Source of the DNA: Naegleria gruberi
Taxonomy: Eukaryota
Length of the DNA: 64,000 bases
Assembly (NCBI GenBank): GCA_000004985.1
Contig: GG738878.1
Direction: 5' to 3' (one strand)
The notes beneath the pieces are model-generated. The model did not search any database, was not told the origin of the DNA, and saw only the letters and a list, made by a program, of their open reading frames with translations. Both the position numbers and the translations under genes were made by a program. Shown piece by piece: positions 10,485 to 19,823 of this stretch (position 1 is its first letter; each line of letters starts with the position of its first letter).

Positions 10485-11534
10485 ATGTCGGATACAATCA
10501 AAACAAATCCAGACGATACTCCATTATTGAAAACATTGGAAGGAGTTGATGCTACCAATGCTAGGAAAGAGTTGACAATGGAAGAGGTACATCGGGATTG
10601 GCCACACTTCTTTGTCTATTCCTCCAAAACACCACTCCACCATGCTAAAATCAAGAGAGATTTGAAGAGTGAGCAGGAAAAATTGTGTTTTGACAAGGTA
10701 GAAGAATACGTTCTTTCTGATGCTTTCATCAAGGATGTTGAAAAGTCGTGTTCCGATTCATTTAGAACCCAACAACTTTCACAACGACCTCTAATGAGAA
10801 TTGATTTGGCCAGCATTTCCAACACAGAGCAGGAAGTAGTTGATGATCATGGTTTGATTGTAGATGTATTCAGTTTGTTGAGATTTTGCAATGCCAGAAA
10901 GTTTGACTTGAATAATACCAAAGAGTTACTTACTGAAACAATTTCGTTTAGATTAGAAAAAAAACCACATCTGATAACTAAAGAACAAGTGCAAGTGGAA
11001 ATTTCCAAAGAGAAGGGCGTATGGTGTGGTTATTCAAAGCTGAACAACCCAATTATTTACATCAGTCCACAAAATCATGTGACATATGACAGAGATTTTG
11101 ATACTACCATAAATTTTACACTCTTTATGGGAGAAGTGGGTATGAAAATGATTAGAGAGTACAATCAGAAATATGTACTACCACTATTGTCAACTCAAAG
11201 TGCAGAAGATGTCTTGGAGAAATATGTGGAACAATATGTGATAGTGTATGATGGAAGAACAATTGCTATGAAGAATTGTGATGTAGCCATTATCAAAGAA
11301 TTTTTGAGAATTTCCAATTATTATGCAGAGAGATTGAGTTCTGTTGTTGTATATAGTCCTAATTGGACCTACAAGATTATGCTCAAGATGATTTCACCAT
11401 TTGTAGATAAGAAAACATATGACAAAATCAAAGTAGCCTATGATGTTAATGAAGTGGATGATCTGTTAGAAATAGAAAATGTTCCAACTCAATTTGGTGG
11501 AAAAGCAACAGTGAAATTCAATGAAGACAGTTGA
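10485..11534 (+). CDS. Sec14-like CRAL-TRIO phosphatidylinositol/lipid transfer protein (349 aa)
   Basis: CRAL-TRIO N-terminal motif LLRFCNARKFDLNNTKELLTETISFRL and a Sec14-type C-terminal motif ENVPTQFGGKA. ATG at 10485. Divergent from VPS13, with about 400 bp between the two starts. Confidence 0.8.
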   Translation: MSDTIKTNPDDTPLLKTLEGVDATNARKELTMEEVHRDWPHFFVYSSKTPLHHAKIKRDLKSEQEKLCFDKVEEYVLSDAFIKDVEKSCSDSFRTQQLSQRPLMRIDLASISNTEQEVVDDHGLIVDVFSLLRFCNARKFDLNNTKELLTETISFRLEKKPHLITKEQVQVEISKEKGVWCGYSKLNNPIIYISPQNHVTYDRDFDTTINFTLFMGEVGMKMIREYNQKYVLPLLSTQSAEDVLEKYVEQYVIVYDGRTIAMKNCDVAIIKEFLRISNYYAERLSSVVVYSPNWTYKIMLKMISPFVDKKTYDKIKVAYDVNEVDDLLEIENVPTQFGGKATVKFNEDS

Positions 11535-11895
11535 GCTAATAAGACATTTAACTATTGGCACCTTAGCAGTGAACTACTCAGTAGTACAGTAATCCCAATA
11601 ATCAATTGATTGAAACCTCTTTGTAATTTAAATCATCTTTTTGTAAATTAATTAAACAAAACTCACCTCTTGACGCCTCTTTGCAAATCTTTCATATAAC
11701 CGAGTTGCTAATTTTGTAATTATTTAGAAGAATCTCCACCTCAAAGAACTACATTGAGCCCACAACTACTGCTTCGACTCTAGCCAAATTAACACCAACA
11801 AAAAAAAGCACCAAACAAAATGGTTTCCGACACCAATAACAACAATCAGAGTTGTGCACAACAATTGGATCGCCGACAATTTTTTCATTAAGAAT

Positions 11896-14067
11896 ATGGT
11901 AACAAATTTGAACCATTTTATATATGTGAATATGACAAGGAGTGCAGTGGTGGGAATGCTGCAAATTTTGTGTCAAATAAGCTATGGACCTACATTACCT
12001 CTGCATATATTTTCAGTTTATAAGCTTCTAATTTCTACAGTAACTTTTTATTTTAGTAGACCTCTAGCAATTGTTTCTGCATCAATATTTGTTACATTTA
12101 ATGCTGCTGCTCTTGGTATTTCATTTTGGGTGAATTATGATTCATTAACACAAATCGAAAGGGATTACTTTCCTTTTAGATTTATAGAAATGTTGGTAGT
12201 ATTATATAGCGTGTTTATTGGATCAATGCTTTTCTCAATATTCATTACAGATAAGAATAAGCAATATACAGCTCAACAAATTGAAACTACGAAGGAAAAA
12301 ATTATTAGCTCTGAAAAGACAAAATATATTGCCAATTTGAGTCATGAAGCTAGAAATCCTTTGCACGCCATTAGTGGATCTATTTCAATCCTCAAACATA
12401 ATATCCAATCTGAAGAATGTAGTAATCAATGTCCTCACTGCTATGTAACAAATGGTTCTATAGCTGAATTAGTTGAAGACCTGGAAGAAAACACAACATT
12501 ATTGGAGCATATATTCTCGTCTTCATTACAAGTTAGCTCACTTGAAATGGGAAAAGTTGAGTTAAAAGTTGAAGATACTAACATGTTATGTCTAGTTGAA
12601 TCAATTACTAGTGTTTTCTCTCAATTGGCTAAAACCAAACAACTTTCACTTCACAGTTACTTTAATGTAATTAAGGTTCCAATTTTTTTGAGAGCAGATT
12701 CTGTTAGAGTAAGCCAAGTGGTAATGAATCTTATATCTAATGCCATTAAGTACACAGATAAGGGACATATTAAATTGAATTGTGATACTCTGAGTGAAAG
12801 AGAAATTCGCAAACACTTTCCAACAAAAAGTATTGAAGAGTATGAATTTATCAAAATTGAGTGTATAGATACAGGTAAAGGAATCCCTGAAGCACAAGTT
12901 AAGGATCTTTTCAAACCATTTCATGTTGTTGAACAAGGTCAAAAATCTGTTGACAGCTATATTGCTCAAACAGAAAAAATGGCAGAATTCAAAGATATTA
13001 ATGGTGCTAGTATGTTACTCAATACTAGTCGTAGCAATGGCCTCGGATTATCTATATCAAAAATGCTTATTGATAAGATGGAGGGTGATATTATTGTTTC
13101 CAGTAGTTCGAAAGGTACTAACATGACTATCATTTTACCACTGAGAAGGGTTAAGCCAGAAGTATTGAAGGAAGAACTGGTTCAGAAGAATAACAATTAT
13201 TTAACATGTGACAAGATTTTTGAGATTTTGAATGAAGAAAATGAAAGATTGAATATTATAATTATTGATGAGGATAGATTTTTCAGACACATTATGCTCT
13301 CCTATTGGAAGATGTTTAAGAGAGCTGTTCACATTAGTGCAGAGTATAAAACAAGTATAGAATTTTGTGATTCAGAATTAGACAAGGATTTAATGCAAAA
13401 TACCACAGTTATTTTCTGCCCTGAAAAAGATATCAAACATACAGAGTCCAATTTCAAACATGAACGAGTAGTTTTGATTCCAACCATTTGTAGAGGTAGT
13501 CATAGATTATTTTCGGATCGTATCTACCTTTCCAAGCCAGTGAAATTTATAGATTTGTTGGAATTTGTCTATGAACATATTTTTGATAGAACTGCTTCCT
13601 CCACTCATAGACAAAGTGTTGTGGAAATTGAGAAAATACCAAAAATAATGAAAACCAAGTCAGTACCAGTAATTGAAGAATTCAAGAGTGAAAAAAAAGT
13701 TCTTATAGTTGATGACAATCACCTAAATCTTAAAATATTGGAAAAACTCCTTAGAATATTAGGTTTTGAAGACATTGAAGTTGCCCACGATGGTATGGAA
13801 TGCTTCAACAAGTATAAGAAGAAGAATTATGATATTATTTTATTAGATTGCATAATGCCTATTCTAAGTGGAAAAGAATCTTGTGAGCTTATCAGAAACA
13901 TGGAAAAGCAAGAACACCTAGAACATAGAATCCCAATATTAGCAATCACAGCAAATGTTTGGGAAGATAGAGAATCTCTTATATCTCAAGGTTTTGACTC
14001 TGTTATTTACAAACCTATTCAGCTGGAGAAACTACAAGCAGAAATGATGGCTTTATTGGATGATTAA
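11896..14067 (+). CDS. Hybrid sensor histidine kinase (TM region, HisKA, HATPase_c, receiver domain)
   Basis: H-box ANLSHEARNPLHAISGSISIL. N/G1/G2 boxes MNLISNAIKYTDKGHI / DTGKGIP / NGLGLSISKMLIDKMEGDIIVSS. C-terminal receiver KVLIVDDNHLNLKIL...ILLDCIMPILSGKE...ITANVWEDRE...YKPI. Several hydrophobic segments lie before the kinase. The listed ORF start at 11854 is GTG, so the first ATG at 11896 (MVTNLNHF...) is used. An upstream exon cannot be excluded. Confidence 0.8.
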   Translation: MVTNLNHFIYVNMTRSAVVGMLQILCQISYGPTLPLHIFSVYKLLISTVTFYFSRPLAIVSASIFVTFNAAALGISFWVNYDSLTQIERDYFPFRFIEMLVVLYSVFIGSMLFSIFITDKNKQYTAQQIETTKEKIISSEKTKYIANLSHEARNPLHAISGSISILKHNIQSEECSNQCPHCYVTNGSIAELVEDLEENTTLLEHIFSSSLQVSSLEMGKVELKVEDTNMLCLVESITSVFSQLAKTKQLSLHSYFNVIKVPIFLRADSVRVSQVVMNLISNAIKYTDKGHIKLNCDTLSEREIRKHFPTKSIEEYEFIKIECIDTGKGIPEAQVKDLFKPFHVVEQGQKSVDSYIAQTEKMAEFKDINGASMLLNTSRSNGLGLSISKMLIDKMEGDIIVSSSSKGTNMTIILPLRRVKPEVLKEELVQKNNNYLTCDKIFEILNEENERLNIIIIDEDRFFRHIMLSYWKMFKRAVHISAEYKTSIEFCDSELDKDLMQNTTVIFCPEKDIKHTESNFKHERVVLIPTICRGSHRLFSDRIYLSKPVKFIDLLEFVYEHIFDRTASSTHRQSVVEIEKIPKIMKTKSVPVIEEFKSEKKVLIVDDNHLNLKILEKLLRILGFEDIEVAHDGMECFNKYKKKNYDIILLDCIMPILSGKESCELIRNMEKQEHLEHRIPILAITANVWEDRESLISQGFDSVIYKPIQLEKLQAEMMALLDD

Positions 14068-14126
14068 TCCAAAATAGGATATTATCAATATTTGGTCATT
14101 ATTCAAAGAGTCAAGATACTAAAAAA

Positions 14127-15439
14127 ATGCCTAAACTTGCTTTGGATTTTTCAACAACTGCCTTTGACTCATATGTGCAAGATTTCAAAAGGTACACCTC
14201 TCAATTTGTGGATTTTATGTGGAGAGTTTACGAAACTTATCCAATATTGAGTATTTCACTTGGGGCATATGGATTGTTTTTAATGTTGAAAAAGTTTGTA
14301 TTTGGAGGAAAGTATTGTCCAGAGTACTTGATAACCACCTCTGAAATGTCTGGTAAAGTAGCCATTTTGACGGGTGGTAATAGTGGATTAGGATTCAGTC
14401 TTGCACAACAATTGGCTTGTAAAGGAGTAAAAGTGATATTGGCAGTTCGAAATCCTCAAAGAGGATTAATGGCCAGGTCAAAAATTGTACACTACATTAA
14501 GAAAGAAACAAATATAGACCCACCTCTCGATTCTGTTCAGGTGTATCATTGTGATTTATCGAGCCTGGAGAGTGTAAGGGAGTTTGTAACTAGTGTACAA
14601 ATCATGCTTTCCAGTAATCCAAAAGTGAAGAAGGTAGTTAATCAAGTTGGTATAGAATTGGTCACTGAAACCCAAGAGACCTATCCAGTCATTGATTTCC
14701 TTATCAATAATGCAGGAAGTATCTATCCAACTCATAGGTAAGTTTCATTATTGGCTCATTTGCTTATGCAACACATTAAAGCGTTTCTGCAAATGGAATA
14801 GAGGCACATTTTGCTGGAAATTATTTGGGACACTATTATCTTACACAGCTCTTGTTGAAGAATGGCCTAATGAAAGACAATTGCAGAATTTTGAATATTG
14901 TGTCCTCTCCCTCTCTATTTTCTGATGAAATTTACACAAGCCATAGTTCGCTTTATGAATTTTCATTATTGGATTTATTGGAGGATGGTAAATTGAAATT
15001 TGATCCTCAACAGCTCTATATGAGAAGTAAATACGCTCTCTACCTCTTTTCAATTAAACTACAGAGAGAGTTGAATCAAAGAAACATACATGGTCACTTC
15101 ATACCAAGGCATGCACAAGTATTCAGTGTATTTCCAGGAGCAACCCAAACCTCTTCAATGGTCAAGACTTCCTCACCATTTGCAAGAATTTTTACGAAAC
15201 CTTTGGAATTACTTCTTTTGAAGAGTCCTTGGCAAGGTATTCAATCTGCCTTGTACTGCTTATTAGAACACTCAAGTAAGCTTAGGGGAGGTGAATTTTA
15301 TGCTGAGTGCAGTCACTCACCACAACCAATAACTCAATCAGATGAACAACGCATGCTTCAATTATGGAATGTCTCTCATAACTTGATTCAAAACTTTGAG
15401 AAAGCTGCTTCATCTCATGGATCACACAGCCTACCTTGA
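14127..15439 (+). CDS. Short-chain dehydrogenase/reductase (retinol-dehydrogenase-like), two exons about 14127..14737 and 14782..15439
   Basis: Exon 1 carries the Rossmann motif ILTGGNSGLGFSLAQQLA and ends LINNAGSIYPTH followed by AG|GTAAGT. A 44-nt intron ends AAAG. Exon 2 continues ..SVSANGIEAHFAGNYLGHYYLTQLL, matching the SDR pattern NNAG(x10)DGFE..NHLGHF. The two listed ORFs (14127..14741, 14825..15439) are in different frames and join cleanly this way. Confidence 0.7.
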
Positions 15440-15466
15440 TGAACACAATTAATATTAAGAGTATGT

Positions 15467-16783
15467 TTAATCGCTAATGTATTGCAAATAAATATCATCA
15501 CTGTCGTACTCTTCATCTTCAGATCCAGAGAGCATGGCAACTAATCCACTGGATGAGTCACTATCTTCATCTTCATCTACTATTCTTGTACCAATCACTC
15601 CTTGACAATTTGGAGCTCCACATTTACATTCTTGTTGTTTTGTTTCATCATTATAAATTAAAAAGTTGTAATTATATGTAATCTCTTCTCCTTTCACAAT
15701 GTCTTTAATGGCAAATATTCCTACACGATTCTGTCCATTAACATCCCATGTTTGAGTACGTGCATTTGGTGCACAAGAATGATTAATAAATCTAGCAATA
15801 TTCCCCATCCAAGTGGCATCAATAATTTCATTTTCATTCATATTCATGCAATAATGATGCAATGACTTTTTGTAACTTCTTTTAGTTCTAGTTTCGAACT
15901 TATCCACTGAAATTACTTCTCCTACATATTCAGTTATGAAAGTGCCCTTTTTGATGACATCTTGATTGCATTTCACACCAATCCCCTTTGTATCAGATTG
16001 GAAACAAATTAATTCTGGGTAGGCCATTTTTGTGAAAACTCTATTTTGACAATTGTCTCCACAATTACAATCTGTTGGACATTCAATTTGTGATAAATAA
16101 TTAATACAATATTTTGGAATGCATCCATTCGTGCAATGACAATGATCTTGATGCTTTTTGTCTGATTGCTTGGTGGTTTTTCGTTCATTTGACATGATGT
16201 AAACAAAATCATCAGGTAACTTGATTTTTGGAAAGTACTTGGTGATGATAGCTTGCTTTGCAAGATTTGATGAATCCACTGTAAGCTTCAATTTTTTGCA
16301 TACTTTAGCAAATGGGCTTTTTTCACGTCGTTTTCTTACTGATTTTTCCTCCTTCTTTGGTTTTTGATTTTCCACCTGTTCTTTTGTCAACTGAAAGTCT
16401 GTCAATCTTTTACCATAAAAATCCTTCCTATGAGGTCTATACGTTCCTCCAAGATGGTCAAAAGCAACAAAAGTCTTCTTTAAATGAAAACGATGAATAG
16501 AAGTTAGTACCTCCTCTGGAAATGGACCATCCTCAAGTGTTCTATATTTACTAATTGTATTATCCAGATCAAAATTTGTTTGCACAGTATCTTGATAAGG
16601 TATCACATTCGGAGTAAATGGTTTTCTTTTTCTTCTGCAATTACTTTCCGTCGGAAAGGCAATTTCCGTGTGTGATCGTTTCCCAGTCTTTGAATTTTTA
16701 AAACTATCACATCGCACCTCGAAACCATCTTCTTCGTTATCACTTGCAAATCGAAGCAATTCGATATAACGAGAGTGAGACAT
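15467..16783 (-). CDS. SET-domain lysine methyltransferase (AWS-SET-postSET architecture, SET2/ASH1-like)
   Basis: Cys-rich AWS region CHCTNGCIPKYCINYLSQIECPTDCNCGDNCQNR. SET core GIGVKCNQDVIKKGTFITEYVGEVIS...NHSCAPNARTQTW...GEEITYNYNF. Post-SET CKCGAPNCQG. Acidic Ser/Asp-rich tail. Real ATG at 16783. Confidence 0.85.
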   Translation of the reverse strand: MSHSRYIELLRFASDNEEDGFEVRCDSFKNSKTGKRSHTEIAFPTESNCRRKRKPFTPNVIPYQDTVQTNFDLDNTISKYRTLEDGPFPEEVLTSIHRFHLKKTFVAFDHLGGTYRPHRKDFYGKRLTDFQLTKEQVENQKPKKEEKSVRKRREKSPFAKVCKKLKLTVDSSNLAKQAIITKYFPKIKLPDDFVYIMSNERKTTKQSDKKHQDHCHCTNGCIPKYCINYLSQIECPTDCNCGDNCQNRVFTKMAYPELICFQSDTKGIGVKCNQDVIKKGTFITEYVGEVISVDKFETRTKRSYKKSLHHYCMNMNENEIIDATWMGNIARFINHSCAPNARTQTWDVNGQNRVGIFAIKDIVKGEEITYNYNFLIYNDETKQQECKCGAPNCQGVIGTRIVDEDEDSDSSSGLVAMLSGSEDEEYDSDDIYLQYISD

Positions 16784-16863
16784 TTTTTTAAAATAATTTT
16801 TATAAAAATTTGCGCCAAAATTTATAACAATTTTATTATTTTTATTTAAATTCTAAGAAGAAA

Positions 16864-18253
16864 TTAAAGAATGTGATTGATTGAGAATTTTTCACGAGGA
16901 ACAGAACAAACTTCGAATGAGGAATCAATAGAGACTTCCTTTTTCATCAATTCATTCAACATTTCACCAACGACAATGCCAAATTTGAAGCCATGACCCG
17001 AACCACCCAAGAAGGTTGAAATATTCTTCTTACCACTCTTTGTTGGAATGTAATCAATGACAAAATCTTCAGTTGGTGTCATTTCATACATGCAGGTAAC
17101 GACACGATCCTTTTCATTGATTAATTCTTCATAACTTTCGTCCAATTTAACAAGTCCTTCTGGAATAACCTTCTTGAGATAGGTTTGCATGGCTTGGAGC
17201 TTTTCCTTTTCAACTGGACGTTCTTGATTTGAATCAATTTGTTGAGCTCTTTCGTCTGGATCAAAACCTCTTTCCAAATCTCCAAATACCTTGTGAGTGG
17301 CAGATTTGATATAACCCTTCTTTTCCCATTCTGGGAAACCATAGTAAGCAAGATCTAATGGTCTATCAGAGAATGGATCTAATCCCCAAGCAATCCAAAT
17401 TGGCTATTTTACAATAATATTAAGATTCAAATTGAAATTATATAGAGATACTTACTGAATTTGCAGCAGTGAGAACATTTTCTTGGACTGCCTTTTCAGT
17501 GAGCTTCCAATAAACATAACACATTCTCAATACTTCAAATTTAATGTCCAAATCAAAGTGTTGTTTAAGGAATTTCTTTGAATAGGCACCAACACAAATG
17601 GACAATTTTCTAGTTTGGAATCTCTTTCCACTTGAAGTTACAACAGTGATAATATCATCCTCTCCTTCAATAATACTTTCAACTCTTTCCTTTTCAACAA
17701 TTGAATGTTTTTCATGATCGTAATCACTCAACAAGACAGTTCTAATCTTGTTTGGATTCAAAATACCAGCTTCTGGTGAATACACGGCAAGGGTATCATC
17801 AGGAAGTCCAGTAAATTGTGGGAATTTTTGTCTCAATTGTGCACCAATTAAAACTTCATGTTCAATTCCTCTTTCTTTAGAAACTTTAGCAACCTTATTG
17901 ACATTTTCATCATCCAATTGACCAATATCCAATCCACCAGTTTTCACAAAGAAATTTTCAAAATCTTTAACAGAAGGCCACATTTCCAAAGCCTTTGTAG
18001 CCATCAATGAATAATGATAATCATCATAGGCAACTCTATAATTTAATAAATATTCGGAATATTGAACTATTAACACAAACCTAATAATTCTTGATTCACC
18101 ATGTGATGATCCCTTCGAATGCATCAATTCAAATTGTTCCAACAATAAAACTCTCCCGAAACTTGCACCATCACGTGTAGCCTGATGAAAGAGAGAAGCT
18201 CCGGCAATGCCCGAACCAACAATCAACAAATCATAAATTAAATCTTGTTGCAT
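16864..18253 (-). CDS. FAD-dependent sarcosine / L-pipecolate oxidase (MSOX/PIPOX family), three exons about 18253..18080, 18034..17456 and 17403..16864
   Basis: FAD motif YDLLIVGSGIAGASL...SSHGESRIIR. A 45-nt in-frame intron (GTTTGT...TTATAG) joins RIIR to VAYDDYHY. A 52-nt intron (GTAAGT...AAATAG) joins ...LTAANS to PIWIAWGLDPFSDRPLDLAYYGFPEW. The C-terminal exon has DPDERAQ...VTCMYEMTPTEDFVIDY...GGSGHGFKFGIVVGEML, matching the PIPOX/MSOX C-terminus. ATG at 18253 (MQQDLIYDLL). Confidence 0.8.
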
Positions 18254-18484
18254 TTTTTTTGTTGTTTTTAACAGTTTTCTGATCTTTCGACTTCGGAGAT
18301 GTGTTGAAACCCTATGGATAACAAATTGAAGAAACATTCCAACCGTTGATCAGTCATCTGTAGCAGCATACAGAGCTTGCATGTTGTCTGAAATGTGCAA
18401 AAGAAAGCACTAGTTTGCAGGGTAATGTGTGAAGAAAATTGAAAGAAGAATTTGTGAATTGAGAGATGTTATGTGATTAATTGT

Positions 18485-19506
18485 TTACTTTTTGAGTTTT
18501 GCCTTGAATTTTTCACCCATTAAGGATCCAATAACTTCTGCCATTGGTTCCAGTTCAGATCCAGAAATTAAATCAAACTCGAATGTAAAGTACATGAACT
18601 AATATTGAATGAATGATTCAGTAATGCATAATATTGAGAATTACTTACATGCTTGAAAGCAGTGTTTAAGTGGGCTGTATAATTATGGAAATTAATTGAA
18701 AATTTGTAAATTGAAAAAATTATTGTGAATTCTTCTTACCTTCTTCTCCAAGAATTTTAATTTGTTCCAAGTGATGAGCATAAATGTGAGCATAGACACG
18801 GAATAATCTCTTGAAAATATTTTTAATTATTTTTCCAAAATCCTAAATTTGGAAAAATTATTCAAAAATTGATCAAAATTCGCCAAAAAATCAAAAGATT
18901 AGTTGAATATAATTATGAATATTAATAGAGGAAATGAAAATAAAAACAAACCTTTGGAAAATCTTGACTCGCATCAGTTGGAAATACATTTTCATCATTT
19001 AACAAACTTTCAACCCATTCCATTAACAAGGTAACATAATCCTTTGCACAAACTGCTGTTGGTTTATCATATTTTGGATCATCTAATACATTATTTTGAT
19101 CAGTCTCCTCTAAAAAATTATATTAGAAACATACCTGGATTCATCCACAAGTATTCGAAATTTTCACCACTTGTCATTTTAGGACAAGTACTTGGTGTAC
19201 AGTATTCTTCAAGAGAACCATAAAGAATATTAATTCCATTTACAAAATCTACAACGTGAACAGCCAACCATTCATTCTTCTTTTCACCAGCTATTAAAAA
19301 AATATATTCGAAACATTTTTAAATTATTAGAAACACATACGTGGTAATTTTACAGTATTTTCCAAACCGGCAATACCCAAAGATGAAGTTGATTTCTGCA
19401 TAGCATTCTTCATCCTTTCATTCAATTGTTTGTCACAATCGATATTCTTTTTAAAAGTCTTTTTTTTATCAGAAACTCCCATCAATCCTTTTAATACACT
19501 GGCCAT
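18485..19506 (-). CDS. MOB1: MOB1 (Mps-one-binder) kinase activator, six exons
   Basis: Spliced product: MASVLKGLMGVSDKKKTFKKNIDCDKQ... / ..PGEKKNEWLAVHVVDFVNGINILYGSLEEYCTPSTCPKMTSGENFEYLWMNP / EETDQNNVLDDPKYDKPTAVCAKDYVTLLMEWVESLLNDENVFPTDASQDFPK / ..FGKIIKNIFKRLFRVYAHIYAHHLEQIKILGEE / AHLNTAFKH / FMYFTFEFDLISGSELEPMAEVIGSLMGEKFKAKLKK. It matches MOB1 along its whole length. Approximate exons (minus strand): 19506..19341, 19290..19135, 19109..about 18950, 18841..18740, 18674..18649, 18598..18485. Introns are 50, 25, about 110, 65 and 50 nt, with GTATGT/GTAAGT donors. The exon 3/4 junction is ambiguous (see findings). Confidence 0.8.
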
Positions 19507-19823
19507 TGTTATTTGTTGTTGTTGTTGTGTTTGATTGGAAGAATATATAATACAAAGGAGGAGATTGTTTTTTTTTTAATTTGATTTTTGTTTGACAAGT
19601 GGAAAATGATGAAGAATGATTTTTTCCGATCACTGACATGTCATGAACAAAAGTGGAATTTGGTTGACTTCTTAAAGTTTGATTATTAAGGAAAGAAGGC
19701 AACAAAAAAACTTTAAAAATTTGAAATATTTTTTTGTAATTGTTTTTAAATACTATTAAATATATTTAAATATGTTTAATAGTCTATTTTATATACAATT
19801 TTAAATTTGCACTTTAAAAAAAA

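Noticed and set aside
10367-10549. ORF 10367..10549 (+) and ORF 11749..11976 (-) at gene starts
   Set aside because: Both are short, basic or low-complexity, and overlap the 5' ends of well-supported genes in other frames. They are probably promoter/5'UTR sequence.
17121-17351. ORF 17121..17351 (-) and ORF 47442..47720 (-)
   Set aside because: They are alternative-frame ORFs overlapping the oxidase C-terminal exon and the UBE2D exon 1/intron respectively. The overlapping frames give full-length conserved proteins. These do not.
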